Virus record (IMG/VR): IMGVR_UViG_3300021379_000006 | Span: 32,001 to 96,000 of that record | Strand: one strand, 5' to 3' | Source of the DNA: a virus | DNA: 64,000 bases | In this document: piece by piece, positions 18,801 through 27,999 of the stretch | Position numbering within the stretch: position 1 is the stretch's first letter | How the letters are laid out: each line of letters opens with the position of its first letter | Notes under the pieces: model-generated | Told to the model about the DNA's origin: nothing | The model's input: only the letters and a program-made list of their open reading frames with translations | Database searches by the model: none | Made by a program: the position numbers and the translations under genes

Positions 18801-21800
18801 TTATTTGTTAGTTTACCAGCATCAACTTTTGCTTTTAAATCAGCAACGTAAGCCTCTCTAGCAGCTTTAGCTTTATCATATTCATTCTTAGCTTGAACAT
18901 AATCATCATCTGCTTTAGTCTGACTCTTTAATTGAGACGCTTTAAACTCAATCATGTTGGTAAGTACATTATATACTACACCCTCTCTTTCAGAAAGAGC
19001 TTCACCAACGGCATACTTAGCAGCAATAGCATCTAAGAATTCAGAATCAATACCTTCAAAGTTGTTTGCTCTAAGTTCTTCAAACTCTTCTTCACTCAGT
19101 TCATCAACAGTAGCTGCAGACAATTGATTATTTAAGTTGTCTAATGTTTGTTGAGCATTTGAGTTATCTGCAACATCATCATCAGCTACACTATCTAGAG
19201 CTCTTTGAGCACCAATATATTCTTCTACAGAAGCGTCATCTACAGAGTAATCTAAGTATACATCATAAAATGCTTCAGGATTAATATTAGTGGTTGTAAT
19301 GTATCTAATTGCTTGTGCTGAAATCTCGGTAGGTATATTCTTTCTAAATGAATCAGAGGTTGCTTTTAACTTCAGACTTTTTACAGTTGCATCTGCATTC
19401 ATTGCAGCATTTAAAGCACTCATTAATTTATCAAAAGAATCAACTTGTGTTGTAGATGGGTCTATAAATGCGGAGAATAGCTTTTTATCATTTACTGTAT
19501 CAATAAGTACTAGCTCTAAGGCACCACGAGCACTTACCTTTAATTGAGCATCATAACCAGATCTCAATGAAATATAAAACTTATCATTGAACTCATCATT
19601 AAAGGTGTCGTTGTATCCTTTAGACTTAACTACTTTTTTACCTTCTACAATATCAACGTTTTCTTCAACTGTTTTAGCAGCCCGGTCAAGCATCTCTTGT
19701 AAAAGTCCATCCTTGCTTTCTTGATCAAGAGCTGTTGGTTTTAATGGAGCAAATATAATATTGCCGTTAGGCATTTTAATTACAGCATTATATCTATCAT
19801 TTTTACTCTTAAGAAAATCTAATAATGATGTACCATTCTGTAATGTCTTATTATTAAGTTCAGCTAAAACTTTATTTCTTAATTCCTTGTGTTCTTTAGA
19901 ACCTTTGGGATAATTTGTTTTAACATCTACAATTCTATTTCTTTTCTTAGTTTGAGGATCTAATCTATAACTATAATCAATTACAACAAATTCTCCATCA
20001 TAAGTACTGTATGGTAAAGATTCTACTGCGGTTTGAACATCACTATAAAGCTTGCCGAATCCTTGTCCAAACCTCAGCATTTCTACAAAATCAGATAAGA
20101 ACATGTTTTCAACGTCATCTGTTCTATCTAAAATTCTTTTTCTTATTATTTGCTGAGTTGCTAAGTCTCTAATACCTTTAACAGGATCTGAGAAATATTT
20201 TTTTGCCTCTTCTTTTGAAAGAGTAAATGGATTTACTTCTGAACCATCTTCTGCAAAAAACTTTAAATTACCAGAAGGCAATTGAATATCTATAGAGTCT
20301 AGGGAACCCTCCTGCCCAGCATCTCTTAATATCTTATTTATTTTATTTCTAAGCTCAGGATCAGCTATAACAAGTCTAAAGCTGTGAGATTCGTCAGTAT
20401 ACTTAATTAATGGATTTGTCTTACCATTGGTACCATTGGTACCATTAAAGTCAGATAGATTAGAAGATTTTTTATTTTCGCTAACAACTACTCTAATGTT
20501 TTGCAAATCTTCTTGAGAAAGATTTTGAAGTAATACAGATAGTATTGTCTCACCTTGTTCTCTATCAAGAGTATCTGACATTGGATATATACCCAAGATG
20601 CTTTTAGCACCAGCTCTTGGCATATCTTTAGTAACAAGGGTGTCAGCAAATGACTCTTCCAATACAGAGAATTTAGACTTAAATTCATCAGCAGTTACTC
20701 TGATAGCAGCTTTCTCTCTTTGCTTGGTTGTTTTGTATTTCTCTATATCTTCCTCTGGTACTATAAATAGGGTGCCGTTAGATTCTACTTTAGCTGGTGT
20801 ACCTAAAGAAACATATCTCTTACCTTTCTTATCTACTACAATATCACCATAGTGAAGGGTTTGTCCCGCAAACTCAAAAGGATCTGTTTCTGGTACTGTG
20901 CTTAATAATGATCTCCAAACTTTTTTAGCATCTGAGATCTTAGAGTATGATGCTCTAATTTTGCTTTTGTCTATACCAGCTGCTTCATAGAGTTCATCAG
21001 AAATCTCTGTACCGTTAGAAAGCTCAACAATATATTGATCTACAAGCTTACCCTCTACCTTAGCTTTAGTTTTTCTAATTCTAACTCCAGCACGCTCTTC
21101 AACAATTTTATCTTTGCTGTTTGCAGGAGTAGATTGTTTTTGATCAGAAAGAACTTCAAATGATAAACCAACGCTTTCACCAGCATCTATAACTAGTTCA
21201 CGCACTTGGTCATTATCTTTATTAGCCTGGATCCATTCTTTGAATCCTCTCTCTTCTTTAATTACATCACCTATATTTGGTTTACTCTGATCTAAAGAAG
21301 CAACCCATAATGCTTTTAAGTCCGTAAGAATAGAAGCAACCTTCTGTCCTTCTTTAGATGCACTATATTGTTCAAGAGATAATCTTTGCTTACCAGTTGC
21401 TGTTCTTGCAGCGTTTACACCTTTGTGTATTCTTCTAAGTATACCTTTTGCAAAAGCATTTACAGACTCGTCATTGTTGATGACCTTTGCCGCTTTATCA
21501 GAGTCAGGTGCATCCTCATCAAGTTCTTCTTCTAGATCTTCTGTATCTTGTACTTCTTCTGGCTGAGTTAATTTGATATAGTTATTTTTGATTCTCTCAA
21601 TCTCCATAACTTTATCTGCATCAACTGTTTTTTCAACAAGACCGTTTTCTGTGTAAAAAGTTTGAAGAAACTCTGGGTTACCGGTTTCTAAGAATAATTC
21701 TGCTTCAGCTGGATCAGGTACAATACCTAATTCATCTAAGTCTTTTAAAACTTGTGCTGCTTCTTCCTTATTTATTGCAGCATCAATTCTTTCTCTTACT

Positions 21801-24800
21801 GCTTTTCTGTCTTGCTCATACTGCTGTTTAAAGAAAGCAGCGCCTCTTTCTACAATTGATTCATAGTTACCAGGATTAGCCATAAACTCAACAGCTTTAT
21901 CATAAGCTCTTGTTCTATATTGTAGCTCACCATAGTCAACCATTTTCTTTAAGACCTCTTTTACTTTAGCTTTGTTTGCATAAGCTCCATTTTCTTCTGC
22001 TAAGAATTCAATGTAAGCAACAAATGCTTTTTCTAAAGTTGATGTTTCAGTTGACTTAAGAATCTTTTCTCCATTAACTTCTTCAAGCTCACTTGCAATG
22101 GTTGTAAGACTACCAATCTTTCTTTTATCAAATCTAGTTGCACCGTCTTTGCCTTTAGTTGATATTTGATTCTTGGGATCTGTTAATACCTTACGATAAT
22201 TATTAAGGAGCTTAAGTTTCTTTTCTTTTTTAGCCAACAACTCTGCATCAGCTTCAGATTCTTTTAATGCTATAATCTCCGCTTGTAGTAAAGAAATCTC
22301 TCTTTGTATAGTATCTGGATCCAGAAGAGTTGTTAGATCACTTGCGCCTAACTTAGATATATTAATACCACCCTCTGTTCCAGGAACATATACTAAATCA
22401 CTTGATGATAGTTCATTAGCAATTGTTTGCATCCTTTTTAAAGAATCTTCAAATGCTGTTCTAGTAAACATTGCTAGGTATCTTGCATGATTCCAAGCTA
22501 TTTGTTTGTATAACTCATTATTATACTCTCTAGATCCTTTCTTATAAGCATTTGCATCATATGGATTTGGGAACTTATCATTAAGATCATTGTAGTTATC
22601 TTCTATCTTATATGATTTATCTAAGAAATCTTGCAATCTCTTTCTAACCTTACCACTCTTTGCATCTTTAGCTGCATTAGGAAAAGCTTGAGCAAGTTCT
22701 TCATCTGATAGGTTCATTAAATCTTTTAGTTGTTTTCTAAAAGGTTCAATCATATCATTCTGCAGCAAAGATTCTAATTGAGCAAACTCTAAGTAATCTT
22801 GGTTATCTTTAAAACCAAGAGGATCTTGCTCATATGCAGATCTTTGTTGTTCTGCAGCAGCTTGTCTTACCTTAACAAAGTTTAAGTTTGCTGTATCAAA
22901 TAAAGAATTTAGTTCTGCTTGTTGATCCCATTTTTCATTTGCAGTCTTTACAAGAGTGTTTAAAAGATTTTCTCTATCCTGCTTGTTCTTCTGGAACTCC
23001 TCCTTATTAAAGATTCTATTATACGTATCTGGTACTGTATTATAGATAAGTTTAGATCCACCACCTAGGATACCCCCGGTAGCAAACCCAGACATAAAGA
23101 CCTCAAAACCTTGAGCTGAGTATTGACTATCAACAGCATTATTTAATGCAGCATTAAGTGCAACACGAGTGTCTGTTGCTGGATCCTTAAGCAGTTCGCT
23201 ATAGTAATCTACAACACCAACTTGTAAACCTTCTTGGTAAAGTTCCTGAACACCTTCTGCAATATTAGCTGCAAAGAATCTTAAAGCACCGTGGGCACCT
23301 TTCATCACATAATCCCCAAAACTATATGCATTTCTTCTTTGTTGTCTACCAGCTTTGGTCCAAATGCTTTTCTTTACTTCAAAAGGACTTCTTGCTATCT
23401 TACCATCAACACCAACTGTTTTCTTAGTTTGGAGTATTTTTTTACCGAGTTTGCCAGTACTATTGTCAAGTGCTCTAGCCAATCCTCTACTAAAAGGACT
23501 AACAACAGCGCCTAAACTAATTCTATTAGTCAAATAAATTACAGGAGCGTTTGCCCAAGTTGTAGTTGAACTGGCTTTAACCGCTTGTTCTTGAATTGAT
23601 GCAAGCTGAGCATCTGTTAGATTTTTTTGACCTGTTCTATCTCTTTCAATTTGAATACCATTAGACATCATGGTATTATAAACAAACCCAGACTCAAGAC
23701 GGCTTTCATCAAGAGCTAGATCAATCATTCTGATATCTCTGTAAAAACCACCAAAAGCAGCATACCCTTTACCAAGTTTATGTATTGCAGTACCTACATC
23801 TTTTGTTTTATCAAAGCTTCTTAGGGCTTGCATTGTTTCAGGTAAGAATATTCTTCCTGCTAGATTTTCTCCTGATTTAATTCCTGTCCAAAAATCACGG
23901 GCTTTATCAGTATTTCTTAAAGCACCAACAATAGATCTCCCACCTTTAAAAGCTCTACCAATAGCAAATGCATCGCCCATTCTGTTAAACATCCTTGTAA
24001 GTCTGGCCATATTATAAGCAGTTCTTGCAGTTGAAGCTGCTGCTGCTCCTGCAGCTGCTACACCAGATGCGCCACCTGTTACAGGTGTTGCAGCAGCTAG
24101 TGCTGCCGTTCCTGCCCACATTGCAATTTCTTCTGCTGCAATGCTTGACATAATACTAATACTATATGCGGAGTTCAATGCAAATCTGTTAAATGCTGCA
24201 CCAAATCCTTCACGAGTATCATTACCAATTCTCAGGGCTTCTTCCATTTTTACAGCAGATTCTGTGTCTGGATCTCCATCAAATAAATCAAATACACCTT
24301 GATTATTATTATCAAACAGTGCATCTGATAAACCAAAGAAACTAAAACCGGGTGAAAAGTTTTCACCAAATTGGCTCATTGCTCTACTAAAGTTATCATA
24401 CCATGTAGAGTTCTCATTGTAATAAGTCTCATTGTCTCTATATGGATTAAAGCCTAAGTCTGCAAATTTTGGATGAGCATAAAAATGATCAAAGTTTGTT
24501 TCTCTAATACTAAAAGATGTTCTTGGCTTAATATCTCTTTGACTAGTTGGTTCAGAAAATGTTTGTTTAACATCAAACCACGTGTTCGCAAAATCTACAG
24601 GCTTTTGTTGAGGAACTCCTTGAGCAGATCCAGGAACACCATTGATATAAGGACTTATGGTAGTAACCATATTAAGATACTCATCATCTACAGTTTGTAG
24701 ATAATCAGGATCATATCCTAAATCTAAAATATCAACTGGTTCATATTCTCTATTTGCTTGTGATGAATTTGAAAACCCCTGTTGATCTAGTGGTTTGTTT

Positions 24801-24814
24801 AAATTATTATCCAT
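9848..24814 (-). CDS. Giant virion-packaged DNA-dependent RNA polymerase (crAss-like, double-psi beta-barrel), fused to extra domains
   Basis: 4988 aa. Catalytic GADFDIDK (DFDID at 13466-13480) preceded by VRIPSQ. Also DKVKR, TDAQ, KMS and AMTDNAKE, typical of the phi14:2 gp66 family. Zincin HEAFH at about 18452-18466. Ala/Gly-rich hydrophobic N-terminal segments. Confidence 0.92.
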   Translation of the reverse strand: MDNNLNKPLDQQGFSNSSQANREYEPVDILDLGYDPDYLQTVDDEYLNMVTTISPYINGVPGSAQGVPQQKPVDFANTWFDVKQTFSEPTSQRDIKPRTSFSIRETNFDHFYAHPKFADLGFNPYRDNETYYNENSTWYDNFSRAMSQFGENFSPGFSFFGLSDALFDNNNQGVFDLFDGDPDTESAVKMEEALRIGNDTREGFGAAFNRFALNSAYSISIMSSIAAEEIAMWAGTAALAAATPVTGGASGVAAAGAAAASTARTAYNMARLTRMFNRMGDAFAIGRAFKGGRSIVGALRNTDKARDFWTGIKSGENLAGRIFLPETMQALRSFDKTKDVGTAIHKLGKGYAAFGGFYRDIRMIDLALDESRLESGFVYNTMMSNGIQIERDRTGQKNLTDAQLASIQEQAVKASSTTTWANAPVIYLTNRISLGAVVSPFSRGLARALDNSTGKLGKKILQTKKTVGVDGKIARSPFEVKKSIWTKAGRQQRRNAYSFGDYVMKGAHGALRFFAANIAEGVQELYQEGLQVGVVDYYSELLKDPATDTRVALNAALNNAVDSQYSAQGFEVFMSGFATGGILGGGSKLIYNTVPDTYNRIFNKEEFQKNKQDRENLLNTLVKTANEKWDQQAELNSLFDTANLNFVKVRQAAAEQQRSAYEQDPLGFKDNQDYLEFAQLESLLQNDMIEPFRKQLKDLMNLSDEELAQAFPNAAKDAKSGKVRKRLQDFLDKSYKIEDNYNDLNDKFPNPYDANAYKKGSREYNNELYKQIAWNHARYLAMFTRTAFEDSLKRMQTIANELSSSDLVYVPGTEGGINISKLGASDLTTLLDPDTIQREISLLQAEIIALKESEADAELLAKKEKKLKLLNNYRKVLTDPKNQISTKGKDGATRFDKRKIGSLTTIASELEEVNGEKILKSTETSTLEKAFVAYIEFLAEENGAYANKAKVKEVLKKMVDYGELQYRTRAYDKAVEFMANPGNYESIVERGAAFFKQQYEQDRKAVRERIDAAINKEEAAQVLKDLDELGIVPDPAEAELFLETGNPEFLQTFYTENGLVEKTVDADKVMEIERIKNNYIKLTQPEEVQDTEDLEEELDEDAPDSDKAAKVINNDESVNAFAKGILRRIHKGVNAARTATGKQRLSLEQYSASKEGQKVASILTDLKALWVASLDQSKPNIGDVIKEERGFKEWIQANKDNDQVRELVIDAGESVGLSFEVLSDQKQSTPANSKDKIVEERAGVRIRKTKAKVEGKLVDQYIVELSNGTEISDELYEAAGIDKSKIRASYSKISDAKKVWRSLLSTVPETDPFEFAGQTLHYGDIVVDKKGKRYVSLGTPAKVESNGTLFIVPEEDIEKYKTTKQREKAAIRVTADEFKSKFSVLEESFADTLVTKDMPRAGAKSILGIYPMSDTLDREQGETILSVLLQNLSQEDLQNIRVVVSENKKSSNLSDFNGTNGTNGKTNPLIKYTDESHSFRLVIADPELRNKINKILRDAGQEGSLDSIDIQLPSGNLKFFAEDGSEVNPFTLSKEEAKKYFSDPVKGIRDLATQQIIRKRILDRTDDVENMFLSDFVEMLRFGQGFGKLYSDVQTAVESLPYSTYDGEFVVIDYSYRLDPQTKKRNRIVDVKTNYPKGSKEHKELRNKVLAELNNKTLQNGTSLLDFLKSKNDRYNAVIKMPNGNIIFAPLKPTALDQESKDGLLQEMLDRAAKTVEENVDIVEGKKVVKSKGYNDTFNDEFNDKFYISLRSGYDAQLKVSARGALELVLIDTVNDKKLFSAFIDPSTTQVDSFDKLMSALNAAMNADATVKSLKLKATSDSFRKNIPTEISAQAIRYITTTNINPEAFYDVYLDYSVDDASVEEYIGAQRALDSVADDDVADNSNAQQTLDNLNNQLSAATVDELSEEEFEELRANNFEGIDSEFLDAIAAKYAVGEALSEREGVVYNVLTNMIEFKASQLKSQTKADDDYVQAKNEYDKAKAAREAYVADLKAKVDAGKLTNKDLTNILVGGVDQAYNELNEEFKKRERILNSFAPKIVDEDFSAEDVEDIDTFITWAAENLPEFVQIRDISEVAERLKTNGVPVGLFAMHLRNLAGQLEIGGTVYVGSKGFRYHEAFHAVFRLLLSEEEQAKYLAIAADEVRAKLKAEGKTLAEELQKFKNSAEKYQNMSEKQLKKEYYEEYMADEFEKFKANPKSTQTSSVIKSFFNRLIEWIKNVFGTYSVSELQKLFRNIDAGKYKSAGVQNNMFTQGLKPGITLEAFKVLAYDEIELEKGVAKKYLDPDTADTLIRTMTGTYLTRLQGGEIEDQETRQELVMRVIKDFRELYDPMADHNSNKSGDQIEKMIKIYTALGGVIGEETVEKTIKKAEYEKNTYDAVAQYISLFDRQIKDEEYANEEIEYDQGLRGVGDWNTDQSMIGGFSSLPVAFRAFIGTTKIEAADEFGNVELLDGKGAIFIPVDYQSAYNGLLKSVKNLTDEISILRAMLSFSKGNRQTAAVVDKIFRTLGTSEEIVLTGTREEILDSITNRVFFNELYKGLENFRVDYLFAHVNTKRGVQGRKLLLYNAANRDDAANQIDIWKQSHNERFKAIKESEVDMLNAVDALESLLPYLETMEAMEDSKLSSVAAQISNDIYETVGIKLSPAYIEFTIAENIQNRTQYQQSLVESNKQAEGISRDTIIEFTKQLQLNKTSRRKSAYLFTRKGGIKSRLQLLAKNNALFDETIGQSVFLNAEGNFVYAHQMPTYHLKMVQQLNDATFLEDLRQGQEGYNLTNILLNSPAFMQLSEEERLSVLRIAGTKESALGSTDENALDENGGVALDKDGKTYGSLTGAEFTATLVNSYLANYQAFKQQNKTVVFTNEEGEIVETALAPVLIRVIEASNTGDLLGLPIIKTVEFDASGQPTITEPTVDLFFEELRREFSRIQRESSKADEDKVPIEGYNAKNGVLTDNEGRAYQFNDTASLLKTTREEETRVDAKDPKFTSEIGNRVLDGTQKTVYVSDAQSKTIGLTLKNTRANVTVRSGEQEGVFVLRALGQTKVDNTNISNIVKSMGDAVQLEKSKQFNFAVNVGDTTLYVETKVMKDFLEGKKTRFGYELVPIDEFKEEIALQTEFDFKEELEQIAINNPDISLEQAVGMLNESSITLTSFKELLKTRLMSEYERFAQELDNLRVKDLISSDILNGITDDNGVAQGDAAMEQLNLVRDNEDYNLMQIFFNDWLNTKAINQLLLGDQAISLKDSVDKVKRAKMQNASYKSAYTPVIDESRGVYHATENISLVTFSDTLFDRKYSGGQGERTDAQVYITTKALRHMLFGFAELTQDKAELLDKLERGEKVTAKEYYAAGGHIKQGSVFNSLKLVYGDGQTFLKMSAVVLTPELTTRKDGTAKVQYEELHNLRLKLEKIEADGDQTIAMAAPASASKMMKPNVVSNEAAFGQFNSNAQALPHTMLNARFMGLQLVNPSNKQKITDPTQLRSLITSEQADDVEVMIKTLDGYVSKTLGELREFYNRGTAARLNLKYHNKVNLIADFSLETAMRSLGDSKKLGSLTIELRDFLQFAQEGLKASQASSNVIEFFDPSGQYDLNNPMVIDKFEQLFLSYFTKETMSEKVAGDALALMSDSGVKVVRRVFSVDENGVPDKFEVIRDKVYNSNPLPIEIDIDSEGNLVGLADAIERSNGKGVIVRDELRHNLKEYDQDGNFTGVRYTESIMPAFSEEIMEMIEETAKAMPDVFAKMFAVRIPSQDKHSALATKVVDFLPSSYGSTAIFSKELIEISGADFDIDKVYTQMKEWYIKNGKFIEYGDTTRTDQEQFDDYIHYVGKEINSPSSVYAKALEKGKRRLREQGRFTDEEAKRIGKGITTALKVLGLPTTVEEFVAYRDEFGYPYEAALNNQLLDYKFALWGNEGNTVARKDGENPIAYDPAVLTPLTDVWEDIQKELPELAQLVEEEGIDVDNLFGKGRAFKNNKEGAGAIGAAVLPNLYLNLLGEFDIEIRSKVVGGQTIPQIEFNGIRYNKFNEQYERLAKDGKETQGNRTQFIISALITAMTDNAKERLAAKLGLNRDALAVVTTLTKLGVPIKTSILLVNHPIIREEYFAANNKRRATDPGIATRIQSIIKTLELDFADNGIRTNTVQVSDELLKEQIRKGDDLVVNPEMDFEEASAIYSILKQFMAAHNVKSFLSNMSSVMNISKGPGRTFADVNQKLTEIKNLGVGLSDKEFADLEFKGAPVPIDVRPIFKSDAWQANMVKVLNHFSNVILPNVFVSKTPAFDRLLSATLRNLTSNDYVLDAEQKDKIGKDLLSYLTIKAYMHSLDKKGSQMSLGSLNNAFIYPQSGAALNINGLVDQLREIYPDNFFLNEFIFNENARDLDNKSGIHKAESNTFGKRSDIDKLRIQNSFIEIFSNNRLEATHLIHYMMVKDGLQFGAGSLLEAVTPALLDTFSTSIEDIHDMMKKDRLDLFESKFGMSYRELLNDFVLGYLQSNKNNILLNRVSNIPFYKQVFEETEVLRGQVNKKIVEANPDKVYVYVDNAKQLGTVGSSTVRGMENALPLTLMYDLTTMFDSEDLDSFVERFDTEVNDILESGKPIVFPKQLLDKKQRKKLKSASKDIYNYIEQKLRQEFGYSLTKGVLTETGSTTQRAINVAPIAMSLTNEENVFIVDIYKGVKPFKRSGNTQNTRKFGDRFNENQFKKLAKNISQLERKGFVIKKDIIINGKRTFVVELPAVLKVVTGKKNKTVRYFRLKETYTPVTVTEDNIINSSEGVSIGNAGVYEEIKMKGSNYQNGIGFMFDGGGFERPAYTDIRTFVEKLEKEGGFEEGFLPVSEQAALSQAKIMGYDIDYIGNTVYVDLNSFAPAGVGKNLVKVSDLTMEMLEENDLGLTAEDFDEYAPGGGGGVEADVTSQEVDASEAPAVSLSLFDQLEETNLEEEYPALVDFWDENVQTNPEAREKLRDQNINDLEDFIAQRNDPDLNYNSDEDFLDNIKSCIL

Positions 24815-24832
24815 GCCTAGATATTATATTCT

Positions 24833-27800
24833 TTATTTTTGTGTCTTGTTATATAAAGCTTCTGCAGCTTGATTTTTTTCTAAAATCTCCTGCATCTTTA
24901 TAAACTCAATATAGTCAGCAATTTGTTGTATTCCATTTGCTTTAACAGGTTGACCAGCTAATTCTCCGTATACAGATGGATCCATTGGATATCTTATCAT
25001 TTCCATTGGGCGTGTTATTTCAACGTAATGATTTTCTGTACCTGCAGTTGGATCAAATGATCTCTCTGTTAAAGTTGTATAATATACACCATTATTTCTC
25101 CAAATTTTAAATTCTCCTGCGCCAGGAATTTCTCTGTGGTATTTACCATCAAATTGAATTTCAGTATCTACCATAGAATAATTATAATTGCTTTGTGAGT
25201 AACCACTTATATCTTGATCTGGATTTACCATAAGTGTAATTGTAGAAAATTTATCTTTTTCTATTTTTTCAAGAATACCATAACCAGGATCATCTGTATC
25301 ACCCGTTGCTAATTTCTTTAAATAATCTTGATCAAATGTAATTACATATGCCCCATCTTTTGAAGGGGAGTCTATTGCTCCATATGCATCTATATAGCTG
25401 ACACTAAATAAAGCTTTATCTTTTATACTAGAACCTTGACTACCAGCATCAAGATCCATTAACGCTTGCCCAACAACACGTCTTGCTTTATCACCATCTT
25501 TTTCAACTTTTTTGGTAACGTCTGAACTTTCAAACTCTCTAACATCACCGGGGATATATTGAACACCACCTGTGCTAACTTGATTAATTAAATCAACAAG
25601 AACATTTTCTTGTTCTGTAGTTAAACCATTAATGTTACTAGGAACAATAACCCCTGAGTTATATGAGTTAGACATAAATGCAGAACCATCTGACATATTT
25701 TTTACAGAACCACCTCTTAGAACTTGATATACATCAAACACTTCATATGGTCTTTCTGCTCCAGCATCTGTATCTGCTTCAGTTGTAGCATAATAGTTAT
25801 AGTATCCATTTAAGGTTCTATTTAGCACGTTATATTGTTTTTCATAAGCTTTAGTAGCTTCTTCTGTAACCCAGTCTTCATCAAGGGTTTCCTCCATATT
25901 GCCGCTCCATCCATAGGTACCCATAGGTGTAACCACACGCTCCGTACCTTTTGTATAGAAATCTTCATCAAGCCGTACCCAATCTGTATATTCTCTTCTT
26001 CTTGCTTTTTCTATGGCTACATCAATAAATTCTTCTTTAGACAAAATCTTACCATCTTGAACAATGGATGGAGCACCATAACTCATATCATAAAGAACTT
26101 CTTCTACTCCAACCGCGTCTTTAAAGTTAAGTATCTGTCCCCAGTTAGCTACTGCTTTTGTTTCTAGTAACTCTCTACCACGCTCAGTTCGCATTGCTAA
26201 ACCTTGCATATCGCTCATCCTATTTTTAAACAAAGTAGCTTGAGCGTTTGTAATATTTGGTGCTTTCTCTGTCCTAGAGTCTTGAGTTGCAAGAGCTTCA
26301 TCAATTTTCTCATATTCTTTTGCAACCCACTCTTTATATTGAGGTTTTTGTAATTCTACTCTAGCTTCATCTAAAGTAAATACTTTATCACCACCTTGAG
26401 TTGGAAGAGTTATAGTTTCAGGAGTACCAGCTTGACCTCTACTTGCCTGGTCAATTTGATAGTAATCTAATACTACACCAACTGTTTCATTATAGATTTT
26501 GTCATCTGCATCTTTGAATTCTGTTTCTGCTAATTTTAGAGCATCAAAATCAGCTTGTGGTTCGCCATCTGCATTTGCAACATACGATACATCTTGTTGA
26601 CCTGTACTAAGCTTACCCAAAGCATTACCTAATCTACTTTCAGGTGATAATAAACCTGCTTTTATTCTTGCAGCTTCTAGCTCATTTGCTCTGTTTAATG
26701 CATTTTGTTCAGCTCTAAATTTTCTATCTGCTGCATCACGGATCATATCAAGCTTGTGCTTTTCTATGTCTCTTTGAAAATCATTAATTTCAATATCTCT
26801 ACTAGCACTTTGCATAGAATAACTTCTAGCTGCTGCTCTTAGATCATCATTAATATTCCAGTTCATTAACATAGCATAAGCTTTGTTAATCAATGCTTCT
26901 TCATCTGGGGTAGGTTGACTAACAGATCCCAATAAAGCTCTATTAGATTCTGTTTCTAACTCCATTTCTTCAAGAGCTAATACAACTTGCTCATAAGCAG
27001 ATCTTTGAGCTGGTGATAATCTATCTTCTCCAACATCAGTAATTTTTGCTTCATGCTTCTCTCTTAGTTCTTTTAACTCTTTTAATTTTCCTTGTTGAGT
27101 TAATTCTAATTCTGCTGCTTTAAAGTTAATATCTGCTATTAAACTTTGTGCCCATTGTACTCTACCTTCATTTATTGATTGATATTTACCAGCAGCTACA
27201 CCATCTTCAGCATGTCTTCTTGCTTTTACATATGCATCAGCAGAATAGGCTCTTTGAACATTTGCATTATTAGCCAATGCTCTTCTGACTCTTTCAAATG
27301 ATGCATCATATACAAGCTCACCATTCTTTTGTTTTATAATAAACTTGTTATCTTTTGTAAAATAAAAATCCTCAACTTCTAAACCCGATTCTTCCAAATA
27401 GTTTAATGCCATATCATATAGATTGACATTAGGTATATAAGTAGGTAGAGGTTTATTTGCAGCGTCTTCGGGAGATGCTTCTATAAAATCTTGCATTTGA
27501 TAGTTTAGGTAATCAATACCTGTCTGCCAATACTTATTACTAGCATCTGAGTTTGGAGCATTTAATAAGCTTTGAGCTCGTTGTAATTCTCCTTTATATC
27601 TTGCTGTTCTATAGATATCCTGTTGAACTAGTTTATTTTCTATAAATGGATTAAAGACACCACGTGCTTGATCTACGTTTGCACCAATAGATAAATCTAA
27701 TTCAGCTATTTGATTAATACGTGGAACCAATTGCTGAGCAAATTGATCTCTAATTTGTTGAGTATCTTGTCTTGATAAATCTGCATAGACAACACTACCA

Positions 27801-27940
27801 TACAAATCATTTATTGCTTTATAGTTTGTATCGTATCTATCCTGACGTGTAGAAAGTACCGCTTGAGCAAATTTAAAATCTGGTTCAAACGGTTCATACG
27901 TGGGGATGTAACTATCTATTCCTGGTATATAAGTTGCCAT
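24833..27940 (-). CDS. Large virion cargo/ejection protein
   Basis: 1035-aa helical protein between the cargo genes and the RNAP, as in crAss-like gene order. No catalytic motif recognised. Confidence 0.6.
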   Translation of the reverse strand: MATYIPGIDSYIPTYEPFEPDFKFAQAVLSTRQDRYDTNYKAINDLYGSVVYADLSRQDTQQIRDQFAQQLVPRINQIAELDLSIGANVDQARGVFNPFIENKLVQQDIYRTARYKGELQRAQSLLNAPNSDASNKYWQTGIDYLNYQMQDFIEASPEDAANKPLPTYIPNVNLYDMALNYLEESGLEVEDFYFTKDNKFIIKQKNGELVYDASFERVRRALANNANVQRAYSADAYVKARRHAEDGVAAGKYQSINEGRVQWAQSLIADINFKAAELELTQQGKLKELKELREKHEAKITDVGEDRLSPAQRSAYEQVVLALEEMELETESNRALLGSVSQPTPDEEALINKAYAMLMNWNINDDLRAAARSYSMQSASRDIEINDFQRDIEKHKLDMIRDAADRKFRAEQNALNRANELEAARIKAGLLSPESRLGNALGKLSTGQQDVSYVANADGEPQADFDALKLAETEFKDADDKIYNETVGVVLDYYQIDQASRGQAGTPETITLPTQGGDKVFTLDEARVELQKPQYKEWVAKEYEKIDEALATQDSRTEKAPNITNAQATLFKNRMSDMQGLAMRTERGRELLETKAVANWGQILNFKDAVGVEEVLYDMSYGAPSIVQDGKILSKEEFIDVAIEKARRREYTDWVRLDEDFYTKGTERVVTPMGTYGWSGNMEETLDEDWVTEEATKAYEKQYNVLNRTLNGYYNYYATTEADTDAGAERPYEVFDVYQVLRGGSVKNMSDGSAFMSNSYNSGVIVPSNINGLTTEQENVLVDLINQVSTGGVQYIPGDVREFESSDVTKKVEKDGDKARRVVGQALMDLDAGSQGSSIKDKALFSVSYIDAYGAIDSPSKDGAYVITFDQDYLKKLATGDTDDPGYGILEKIEKDKFSTITLMVNPDQDISGYSQSNYNYSMVDTEIQFDGKYHREIPGAGEFKIWRNNGVYYTTLTERSFDPTAGTENHYVEITRPMEMIRYPMDPSVYGELAGQPVKANGIQQIADYIEFIKMQEILEKNQAAEALYNKTQK

Positions 27941-27999
27941 AAATCTAAATTACTAAAATTTTCTAAGTTTTAAAAGCTTTATGCTTACACTCTTTAAGT

